A DNA stretch of 64,000 nucleotides from Phoronis australis (lineage: Eukaryota > Animalia > Phoronida). Positions 39,447 to 51,416 of this stretch are shown piece after piece; position 1 is the stretch's first letter; each line of letters starts with the position of its first letter. The notes below the pieces were generated by a model. That model saw only the letters and a program-made list of their open reading frames with translations. It ran no database searches and was not told the DNA's origin. The stretch spans positions 469,169 to 533,168 of the forward strand of contig NMRA01000269.1 in the NCBI GenBank assembly GCA_002633005.1, in the 5' to 3' direction. Made by a program: the position numbers and the translations under genes.

Positions 39447-42400
39447 CTGCAACATAAAGGAAAAGTGGTCAGTAATGGTTGTGGAATGTAGTATTGGTTT
39501 TCCACTAATCAAGAAGTCGTTTGCAGCGATAACCAGCGCTTGTCAACTTTATACGAGAAAAAACGACTTTGTCGCAAGAAATTTACAGAGCATTCAATCA
39601 ACTCAAGAAAGACCATAGTGGTGAAAATGTGTAAAAACTCCTTCCATGAAGAAAACCCAACTCTACGAAGGTCTCTATACTACCAAAGATGGCACTCTAT
39701 GAGGCTTAAATAGGGTGTTTTAGAAAAATTAAGCATATATAGAGCTGGCGATTGAACCACTGCCATAGAGTGGAGCCCTTGCCCTGGGAGGGAAACCTTT
39801 ACCATTGGTCAAAACACACTTTCCAGGGACTGAAAAAATTCCAGACATACACAAAAAACCCTTACAGCAATTATTCACATGTCAAACAAGTAATATGGCA
39901 GACAAGTGAAATCCATTTTGTCACTTTTTTCACAAAAATAAAGATTAAGAAAATTTCAGCCTATTACTAGCATAGTTTGTACAATGTAGATGTCGTATAA
40001 CAACGTTTGGTGAAGTTTGTAGCAATCAGCTTTTGAAAAATGACAGTTTTGGCAATTATTTTTCTTTGAAATAGTAGAGAATTACAATGCTACGAAGCAC
40101 GACTTAAACCACACACAAGCGATTGAAATACGCGATACATCCTTTGTGGTGAGAAGAAAAAGTTCTGCTTGCATGGTGTGGCTTCCGTTTCTGAGGTTAG
40201 TGTTTTGCGACGTGCAAGGTAAGGGTTCGATTACCACCCCTGCGTGTACTCAAGGGCAGCTGTCTTGCCGACTTTTGAAGTAAGGGTCCGATTACCAACC
40301 CTGCGATGTTTTGTTGACTTTTGTTGAGCACTAAGTCATTAAAATGCGATTTCATGATTAAATTATCACAACTGAAAGTTTTAGCATTGGACATTTGATG
40401 AATGCCAGCGAAAAAGGATTTTTCTTCGTCAAAAATGACATTTGTTCCAAAAACGCATGGTCACGGGACCAAGAGAACACCACACTATAGTGAATGATGT
40501 GAATAGCCTTGCCTCGACTCCTAGTTTCAGAAAACACGTACTTTATGGGTTGACAGATCCTAGTTACTTAAGTAGATATTTCAAGAAGGAGACATTAACG
40601 GTACACAAAACTTTAAGCTTCACACAATTTAATTACTCCCAGTACACATAAACTCAAACACACGTGAAGTTTACCAAAAACTTCCTAATAATCAAAAATC
40701 ATTTACATAAATGCCTTATTAAGATTCACACTGAATAAAGTCAAAATGAGGCAGCGGTAGGTGCTGTAAACCAATACTTTGTACAATACCATTTTGACCC
40801 ATTACGCTGATTAAAATGGTGAAATGTAGCAGTTTCGTAACGGAAAAGCTAATTAAGAAAGAGTACGGTTGCATAAAACTCGACATTTTACCCACAAGAC
40901 ATCTGAGACAGCAGGAACAGTTAATCATAAGTGATCCAATGGCAGAATGACATGCATCAGGAAGACAGCATTTTTTTCATAAAAAACAAGTATCATTTAA
41001 ACACACAAATTGACTTCGATTTTTCGAGTTAAATCGCCGAATAACTAAAAAATTAACAAAAACCTGAAAACAGGCCCATCAATTAATTGCACTATTGAGT
41101 TATCATTGTGTCCCGAATTGTAGAATCTTCTCCAAACAGACCATTCCCAAGAGCGACAAAATCAACACTGATATACAAACAAAATGCGTAAGAAATGACA
41201 CCACATTGAAACAGTTTATGTTTACGGAAGTCAAATTATTAACGTATCAGGGACAGGATATAATTTATTCAATGAAATCATGACCAATCAACAATTCCAA
41301 ATCATAGAACTTCAGTTATGACATGTTTTTATAACAAAACCTGATCAGAAACTATTAAAAAATTTCACTGGATATCACAATAAAGAAACCTTTTAAAGTC
41401 AAAACAAAATGGTCTGTTTGATTGTGTGCCATGACATGCAAGAAAAAAGAATCTACAACCTGCCACCCCTTTCTGAGGAAAATAAGATAAACCTTATATG
41501 ATAATAAGCCATGTTATCAATATAGTAGCAGACACAAACATGGCTGCCCTACAGCTGAGTGGCAAGTGAGGAATCACTTGCTAATTCACTGGTGAGTTTT
41601 GTTTTCAGGGTTTCCTTTGTTAAGAGGGATAGGAAGGATGCCTCAAAGTTTGTCAGTCTCAGAACTCTTTGTAGACAAAGTTATCTTATGTCACATTCAG
41701 TGTATTTATAACACTAGACAGCTGGCTTTTGAGTTCAGTCCATGAGCACTGGTCATGCAATGATGGCATGACATTGAGCACTAGATAACATGGGCCTTTG
41801 GATGAATCTATTGTTTGCTTCCTTGAATGATCCCAAGGGATCTGGGTAGAGTTCAGTAACACTAGGACCTATGCTAGGACTTTGCTAACATCTAGCCAAA
41901 ATCACATGTTCTCATTTAAAACACATGGCAATATCTTACATAATCTTGCAAGTCTTGCTAAAAGAAGTCTCTTGTTATATAAGGCTGGTAGGATAACCTG
42001 AGGCATGGAGAGACTTCTCAGGGACAAAGAGACTGAAGAAACAGTTACATACCAGAAGTTACTAGTTGAAAGTTCACAGGCAACTTTTCCAGTTTCTGTT
42101 CTGTGAATAATTCTTGGTTCCAAAGCAACATAGATGAAATTCAGCAAAAGCCAAAATGTCCATAATTCATCCCGACCTTGCTTGTACACTTGGGGACAAG
42201 AAACAAAGAATAGCTCCTTTGTTTTAAGTCTGTACCAAACAAGCCTAAGGCTTTTTAAAAGTTCAAGTTTGTAGCAAAAATACGGTTGTGACATTGAAAT
42301 TTAAGTTTTAACCCTTTAAGCAAATAGAATAGTCACATTTTAAACAAACGTGTACAGATGAAAAAGTAAGAACTATTGAAGTAAACAATGGATTAACACA

Positions 42401-44247
42401 TCAAAAATCAGACAAAAGTGATTAAAATAAATGTGTGTGTCTCATTCGTGAAATACGTAGTGGACCCGTACTAAATCTATTCTGAAATGTTACTTACTCG
42501 CTCAATTACTCCATTTAAAGGGGAGGAAAAAGAAGAAATTTAAAAAAACGAGGCCCAATAATATACATTAAACTCTTGCAGTCATTTGCTCTCCAGATAA
42601 GAGGCTGGATGCAAACACTGAGAGTACAGAGGTCTCTCCCCTGGGAACTAAGTCAGTTATCAGCAACCTTTCACAAGATAAGGCTCCACACTGCTGTGCT
42701 AAAGTTGCCTGTCATGTTGTCAAGTTCAGATCAGTTAATGGTGGTGTCATTTGATGGGTAATGGCAGTTTCTAAAGGGATGCTTGGTAGTTCCTTGTAAT
42801 GAGGTGATAACAGAGTCTATGACTTAGATGAAAAGACTTTCTTTGTTCATATCTTGATACTGAACTGGACTTCTTTTGAACCTTCCAATATTTTATGGTA
42901 AATTCTACCGTGGTCTTGCTAGGTAATTACTATAGCGGGAAGTCATTACTGGGAAGTGACAGCTATTTTCCCAAAATTAACTTGTGTTTTCAAACGTGAT
43001 TTTAAACAAACTGTGTAAGTTGTCAGCAACCTAAACATTCTAATATAAAGTTGAGGTCTCGACCTACAAAATGATCCCAATTCAGTCCCTGAAGATCACA
43101 AACTAGAGAGCCAAGGCACTTTGAATATTGCCTCATTTTAGCGCTACAAAAGACAACTCTTCCAAGGTGAATCCCTTAAGGCCAATGCTTTGTGATCTGT
43201 ATCCTCCTAAACTGAAGTCCTCTAATTGGTCATTACTTCATCAGACATGTCTTGGTTTACCCTCTATATTGCACAGTGATATTAGCACTGAAAATTGAAC
43301 GCTAATTCTTTATCTCTGTGATTGCTTGGTCAAATTAGTTAGAAACACAACACGTAGCGATGACGTGAATATGAAGTAGGTTGAAAATTGCCAAATGTTT
43401 TTAAGAATGAGTTTTGTGTCGAAAATGATCCGCCGTTAATCACTCGACTGTGTCCAGTAAGTATCGTGGCGTGGTGTTGGCGAATAACACCCCAAGATGC
43501 GGGTTATGAGTCCCCAAGGTACGCCATTAGAACAAAGGTCACCTTTTTGCAGATTTTTTTTGTTTTCGATGAATACAACTGCACTTAGTTTAGTATTACT
43601 TAACGACAAAATGGGGTAAAACTGGCTGGAAATATTCAACCGGAGTAAAAACTTGTGGATGGTGTCGCATTCAAATTCGTTTCTGCCAAGGTTGCCTGAT
43701 TTTATCTGTCCTAGGCACATTTCACGTTTGCGCGATGGGCTTACCTAGCTCTCATATTAGCCTGCATGCTACAAATAATTTTGAATTCATGTAAGTCATT
43801 CACTCAGAGTGAAATCAAGTGCTTTACAACTAAGAATTCTATAAGTGTGGAGTGTGTATTGAAATGTCAACATTCAGTGTTCACTAGGCAGACTCGTTAG
43901 TTCGTTATCAATTGAACTTCTACCTGAGAAAAGTTCCGTAATTCATATGTTACCGTTATTAGGTAGTTACAAGGGCGATAACAACATAACGAACCGTGTA
44001 CACTTTAACTACCTGTACACCAACAGGTATTCGCCAACTGAATTTGTTCATCAATAAAACCAGCATATGATCAGGACGTGTAATGCATTTACTAATTGGC
44101 ACTCTTACACAAGTCAAGATTGATTGACAGTAGTTCAGTTACCTTGTTCAATCAATTCTGTACATTGCTAAACCAGTATTAACAGTCCTAGTCTGGACGC
44201 AGTGTCCCCCTTTCAGAAGGTTGCAGAAACGATAATTAACAGATTAA

Positions 44248-44272
44248 NNNNNNNNNNNNNNNNNNNNNNNNN
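44248..44272. other. Assembly gap (25 N) next to a poly-C run
   Basis: N run in the sequence. Confidence 0.98.
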
Positions 44273-46326
44273 TCCCCCCCCCCCCCCCGGAAGGTTTTGT
44301 TTTCACTTGCCATCAGTAAGTTTTTCGTTACGGATCCTTAAAGTCATAGAAATGGTGTCCGAATGATACAAATAAAACCAGACAATAAGTGCAACAAAAA
44401 ATTCACCTATAACAGAATTTTGACTCATAGCCCAAGTAATGGTATATTTTTGTTTGTACATCTGCACCATGTCACTTTCTTGAATGTCTGCCAATAGCCA
44501 CTGTTGTTGTCCCATATTTTATTGACCTTCCCCAGAGGACCTAGTTACAAAGTTCAAAGTTCTGAAAAGGACTATCAAGTCAACTGGTGATATTGTACAA
44601 GGGATTGGAATTGCTGGAAAGGCCTTCCACATGTAAACATGTCTAATTGAAAATGTGCACGATCAAAAGGTATTAAGTTCCTGTATTTCCTCTACATCCT
44701 GTGGTTTCAAACACAGTCACATAGCAGCTGTAAGCATGGTAGCGATCAAATTTCTGAGGGCAAGTGGGAGGTACAAAATTACCTCCAGAAATGGATTGGA
44801 ACATTACGCTTAGAAAATAGGGGCATATTTTTTCACCTGTACCTTTAGTTAATTAGCGTGAGGTGAAATGACTATTAAACTGGACTAGTGCAAACGTTTC
44901 AGGCATGAAACTGGATGAGGTAAAATCTCGCAAGAAAAATTTGCAGAAATTGACCTTTTTGTCATTTTTAGGGCTTTGTCATGGATGGCAATAATTTTTC
45001 AAAACATAAATCTGGTGGTAGCTACGGTACACCTTGAACTGGTGATGCTGGAGCATAATTTAATGCTAAAAAGCAGGGTATCCCTAAACTGTCCTTACAT
45101 AAGGTCACTTAGGAAAATAAACTTTTCAATTTCAATTTGAGCAACAGGAATCGTGACCAATTACATGATAAACTATAACAGCTGATGTTTTGATTTGCTC
45201 ATTGGTGTGTTAAAAATGGATTATCAGCAGAAGGTTTGTCTAAATATAACCTCTGCTTAATCCTGGAGATTCCAATCAGCTGATCACATCCCAAGCTTCA
45301 AACTGAACTTCGCATCACACCTCGAGAATGACACTGGGCCGGACGCCTTTGAGCAAGTTTCTTGGAACACAAGCAAAATTATGCAAAATCACGATAACGA
45401 AACGGCTGGCGAGGCCGCAATGTTGAATTATGGGAGTGCGATATAAATAAAAACATTATTTCTGTTCCATAAGCCAAGATTTCTGATCTCAAGTGTGTGG
45501 TAACTAGTTAGAGTCACGGAACACACCCCTGGCCACAACAGAACAAGTTTTCATTAGTAGGAATAAGATAGTTTAAATGAACGGTTTGGATTGAAGACTA
45601 TACTGCGGTAGGGTGCCAAACTCCAATTTAGGGCATGCCGGCACAAGGTGGTCAAGTGCAATTTTATTATCTCATTTTTCGTAAAATGTTCTGCCAAAAT
45701 AATGCTTTGTCACATTAAAATTTTGCAACCGTGGCAACACTCAATATTTTACAAATTGTGGACTTTCACAACAATGTTCGAAACCCTTGAAAAACGAACA
45801 AGGGAAATTTTGATAATTATTACAGGCCGAAAATGATGAGATTTTAAACAAATTCCTGACCTTCAATGAAATATCTGTATACACATAAATGTCATCAACA
45901 ATGAATTAAACGTGATTGGTCTGTGACATCATAGAATGCTAGAGAGAAATGACACGAATGCCAGGCCTTCCATTCCGGCTTCATCAAACCTACTTGGGAA
46001 ATCAGTGCAATTGTCTGTTGATTGGAAAATGGAATAACATCTTGGTGTTCCTAAGTAGCTTGCTCTATTCCGGCTGTCTATTAAGTCTGGCTCATCACTC
46101 GAGGACTATTGAAACCCGTACAGGCGATAAGCAAGAAAGGCAAATACCTGTTAACTAAAAGTAATGTACTCTTCACACCAAGGTGGTTATAACTTTTATA
46201 ACCAATTTAAAGGTCTGGTTATGTGATAACTCTCACTATAAACACTTCAAAACCGGGGTTTAAAAGTCGCAACAGTAAGTGTGAGGGTGGTTTAGCAAGA
46301 AGTTTTAACTATTGTAACTCCTTGTG

Positions 46327-46719
46327 AAGCTGCTTTTACACGGGAGACAACTGTCACGGAGCAACTAACGCGGAACATCTGATTGGGCGCAAGCGTATGC
46401 ATAAAATGACTGACATGGAGCAAGTTAATAACCTAGCAGCCATTTTTGACAATGGTTTGAGAAGTGGAGTGAGTTGTACTCAATCAGTTCCTCCAGTGTC
46501 AACTACACCTCTAAACACAACAAGAGCAGGGCGGAAAAGGATTATCTTTCAATGCGCTTGCGCAACAGCATATATATGGGTGATCAGGCGGTTTGGACGT
46601 TCGCTATTGTTTTCGTGTAAATGACACATGCTGATCCAGTTTGTGATCTAATGTCGTGTATACGCGACTTAAGTGGAGCAAATCGCACTGTGACAACATG
46701 CACCCATGTAAAACAGCTT
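46327..46719. mobile_element. MITE with short imperfect TIRs (possibly PIF/Harbinger-like)
   Basis: AAGCTGCTTTTACACGGG ... CCCATGTAAAACAGCTT termini; a reverse-complement relative lies at ~18345-18730. Confidence 0.65.
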
Positions 46720-49166
46720 AAAAGTTAAATCTCTGTAGGTGGCTCTGCTATCAAATATATAAGGAAACAACAATAGAAACTAGGTTAAGTTCCTCCACAG
46801 CCAAACTCATCAAATTACATAACAACGATGAACGCAAATACCCGTAGGAGTCAAAAAATACAACTGTGTTTTACAACATTCATCCAACAGGTGGCATTGC
46901 AGCCATAAAATTTCACTAGCTGAAAAAAACCTGATGGCCACTAATATTGCTGTCTCATGCAATGGAAACAGTTTTGGTGCTATGCAACTTGAAGTCATAA
47001 ATCATGGTTATTGAGGCACTGGGTGCATTCAAACCAGTAGGACAGTACATCTTGACAGCATCTGGGTTCAATTTAATGGCACTGTTTTGATAAACATGAC
47101 TAGATGCCAGCAAGTCAACAGGGTAGTCTTTATCTAAATACCAGCAGAGCTCACCTTCTTGTGTGCATGAAGAGTAATTTTATGGCAGACAATGTGTTTT
47201 GCATTACCTCAATTTTGACTATTCATCAAGGTGTATCCAACAAACTTTTCAGTATCTATCAATTGAAAACAAAGATTCAATCCAGTTTGGGAGTGACAGC
47301 GATAAAAAACTGTCTAGTACTTTTTATTACACTTTGGCTACAAATTTTACCCATTACTCGTTTCTAGGAATTATGACCTAATCGTGTGCTTTTCGGTGAA
47401 ACTGCTCCAAGTAGATTTTTACCAAGTGACCCCAGTTAGCCGATTACCACGTTAACCCGAGAATGGGAGTTATATCCCCAGGCAGTGGAATAATTGAATG
47501 CAAAAATGCAGCTGCACAATGGTGGAATAAAACTTTTTGAAACGCTGAATAGAAAATTGTAGCAAAGAACCTCGAATCATCACAGTCCTCAGCATATAGT
47601 CTAAAGAATGTACAGATCAATTTTCACCACTGGCAATAACAGGATCTTGACTGGCTGGAAATTAATATAGCTGCGATGAATGCAATCTATTTCTAGTGGG
47701 AATCTTCTATTGACTTTCAACACATTCTAACGAAAAATCATTAGCGATTTTATGGGCTAGTGCCATCAATGATTTTCTGCTCAGAAATAAATAGCTCCGC
47801 AAACAAGTCGGACTATTGGCTCAAAACTAACATTTTCTATATTTTATATGCCTTGCTATTGTGCCAATTCCGTGGGTAAACAGCCAGCGATCAAGTAGTG
47901 CTCTCGCAGAAACTCATCAATATATTCATGCAGGTGCATTATGATTCACGCCAGTTGTAGATCACTCGGAGCTTCGTAAAGCCAGGAATTTTGCCTTTCC
48001 TAGTACTGCAAATTTCATGCTAAGGTAGTCACGCCAGTCACATTTTTATTGCCAGAGGACTGATATGACATTGAAATTATTCTCGTCTAAAGAACGCCGT
48101 AGAAGCGCGATATTACCACAGCTGTTCAGATTAACGTACGCGGCGTTTTATTCGAGAAACTCAAAACAGTAGGCAATAGGGAAAAGGCTACTTTAGCGAA
48201 CTCGCCAATTTCGAAACAACAAAGTGTCAAAATTGTCCCCTTTTCAACTTTTTAAGGGCTTACGACATTGCTGTGAATGCTCGCAATTTTTTGGCAATAT
48301 TGCCTGGTGCTCGCCACGGAGTAAAACATGGTGCTACGTGAAAAAATGAGAAAATAAAATTTCACTTGTAAACCACATTGTTGAAGTTCTACCCTAAGTA
48401 TTGCTGGTCAGGACAAAAACAATTTTCTTCGCAACCAGTCTGTGCTTCCAAAGCAACACTATTGTGTTCTTCTTTTTGTGAACTGAAGTTATCAGTAATG
48501 AAACACCTGGGATTCCCTGCCAGCCACCTTGCTTTGTCCTCTGAAACTAACTTACCTTGATGAGGCATGTAATAAGCTATGGAAGAGGTCGGTATATGGG
48601 ACACGTCACTAAGATAGAAGACTTTTCACAACCAGTTCCCCTACAAATGTTTTCCTTCTTCGACAAAATTCCCTATGAAAGGGTGATCCCTTTTGATTTA
48701 ATGCCCTACAAAGGTTCACTTAGGGAGTTTGAAATTCTACAAAGAGTTACCTTTTTCAAACTACAGAAATCTACGGATTTTTAATATCTATGTTTTTAAA
48801 AGCCTTGGGTGCATAAGATGCACTCATTTTGTCTCAGGCCTTAATTGATTAAATACACAGCTATGCGAGAACTCTTACAAAAGGGTTAGATTTACAGAAT
48901 TGTGCCATTTCTGGAGCAAAGCCCTACGAACGGTTGACTTCCATAAGCGTCTTACAAATGGTTCTCTTCTGAGTTCACTCTACAATTAGGTGGGTATTCT
49001 AATATTAGAGCTACACCCCAGACAAAAATACAATCAAGTATCCCCCAGATCAGATGTAATAATGAATTGTCATTCCTCTGAAGCCAAGTAGGGCGAAACT
49101 AATTTTATTACGACAGATGGCCAAAATAAAAGTTGTTTTGTAAGGACAGCGTCATTTATTGTACCT

Positions 49167-49260
49167 TTAACATTCAGAGGTGGATGTTAACATTCATTCA
49201 GGGGTGGGTGTTAACATTCAGGGGTGCCTGATAACATTTAGGGGTGGGTGTTAGCATTCA
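49167..49260. repeat. ~20-bp minisatellite (TTAACATTCAGGGGTGGGTG), 4-5 copies
   Basis: Directly visible diverged tandem units. Confidence 0.8.
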
Positions 49261-51021
49261 CCAATATGGTTACGTCAGGTTTCAATTGTTACAAAAACTG
49301 GCTCAAAGTTCGCTCAGGTGAATGATTCCATTACAGGTTTAGGTAATTTTACAACTCCTCCCAGAAACAGCTCTTTGAACCTGTAAAGTCCTTCATGGAA
49401 AGATAAGATTATTTACATAAACAAAATACTAAGGTTAAAAGTATGACCACTGATTAAGTTCAGTTTTGTGTTGGGAACATGAACATACTGTCTGATATTT
49501 GAACAGTTTGTTTGAACAGCTTTTTCTCTAGACTTAAGTCGATGAACTCCCAATATTTGATTGACATTCGTATTACGTGCAAGAGAAGTTGAAAATAATT
49601 TTCTCCGGTAATGGTCCCTGTTAATTCAGCAGATCAATGTCACAACACTGACCTTGGCACAGGCTCGTTTCATCAATTGAAGGCTGAGTATTGATTTTGC
49701 CATCTAGTGCAGTGAGACGTTCAAATCACATGACAGGCCTGACAAAATGCACCTTGAAGTCCCCAGTATGTGGACAAAGATTCTTCTATCTACCAAGACT
49801 GAAATTCCTAATTGAGCTGTGTATTATAAACTAAATGGTTCTGTGATTAATCCAGACATAATACCACAAAATTATGCACCATGTAGCCAAGAAAAAGACT
49901 TTCATGCCATCAGCAATGTTTGTAATAGACTCCCGAATTCAAAACAGCCACAAAAACTGCGAGCAAAAATATGCTCATTGGACAGATCAAACAATTGTAG
50001 GGTCTCAAATATTCCATGACGCAAGCACAGTTTCAATGCACGTTCAGCAATATTCAAAAATCTTAAACTTTTATTCAAAACACAACAGGCTGGTAGTCAA
50101 CTACTGGTATCACATGAACAAAGCACTGGCCCTTCTTAGTGTTACTATGAGGACAGATGTTCACTTAAAATGGAGTTCAGTCTCAACCTCTGTCTGGTCT
50201 GCTGCCATAGTAACCAACCAAGTTGACCTCTTCTAATGGTATAAGTGGAGTGAAACCAGGAACATGTGTGGCTCCCATCACAATGAGTTCTTTCATTGAG
50301 AGATTTGGTTACAGGAGGGTTGATTGTGGTTCACTGTCTAGCTGAGCCTCACATGGCCTCACTCCTACCTCCTTCACAAACTGGCTGTAACGCGTTTTCG
50401 CTAGCACTTTCTCAAATAGCGAAAAGGTCAGTAATGTGAAAGGTTACAACAGTCATTTTTGCTGGCAGTTTGAGTTACCCCAAAATTGCTAGCGTCTTCT
50501 AACACTTTTGTAGCCAGGTTGCTTAATTAAGAACGGGTAAGAGACGTTTGTTTATTGTTTCATTAATTACTTGATAGTAGAGAGCTTGGTGTCTTTTGAC
50601 ATAAATTTTCAACTGATTCAAGTGGCTAGAGTTTTAGCCTGCAAAAGTGTTAACTTTTTCGCCACTCATGCATCAATCAGGAGCAGCCAGTGCATGGCGG
50701 GTCTATTTCATGAAATTGTGAAGTGTCAAATCCATGATTAGGTTGATTTGAGGTCAAGTGCCATAACACAGACAATAAAGGCTGCCTCACACCAGGTTAA
50801 CTCTGGTACTAAAAGAGCATGGGGGAGCATCCGTGCAAAGTTAGTTGAACCTTTCACACCAGCTTTGGTACAGCACTTTGATGCCGGAGTCATCGAAGTT
50901 ATTGTGTACAGATATGAACACCCCTATCACACCAATGTTTGTTCTCACAACTTTGAGGCTGTCTTTACATCCTGACGAAACTGGCTGGAGACAGGCAACT
51001 TTGGCAAAAAATGCACCAAAT

Positions 51022-51177
51022 GCAGGGGCGGATCCAGGGTTTTGAGTTAGGGAGGCTGGGGCAGAGTATTAGCCAGGATTTTGTCCGTCAGACATTCGCA
51101 CCCCCCGAACTGCCAAATTTAATCTGGAAGAATTTTAGGGGGGAGGGGGACTTGGACCCCCTCTAAATCCTCTACTG
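51022..51177. mobile_element. Short CAGGGGCGGATC-type MITE; second copy at ~62410-62572
   Basis: caggggcggatccag ... ctaaatcctctactg termini; shared core ttagccaggattttg.ccgtcagacattcgcacc in both copies. Confidence 0.65.
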
Positions 51178-51416
51178 AATTGTGATATCTGCCAACTGTG
51201 CTTAGTCTGTTCCCAGTCAAGTTTTCCCCCCGTTTTTGATATCCTCGCGAGAATGACTTTGGTGTGTGAACAGGTCTTATGCTGTTAAAACAGACTTCAC
51301 AAGCGACTGATGTTAAATAACTTCTCATTCCACTTTCAGGTATTTATCATGATTTTACCAGGATAGACGTCTCAGGGAGTAGTCTAGTCACAAGAGGCAC
51401 TTGATGCTGGTGAGAA

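Noticed and set aside
40215-40310. GGTTCGATTACC B-box-like motif present twice
   Set aside because: No A-box or cloverleaf; just a short diverged direct repeat.
38864-42294. 148-aa and 130-aa minus-strand ORFs within GLYR1 introns
   Set aside because: AT-rich compositional ORFs without domains; the GLYR1 frame is complete without them.
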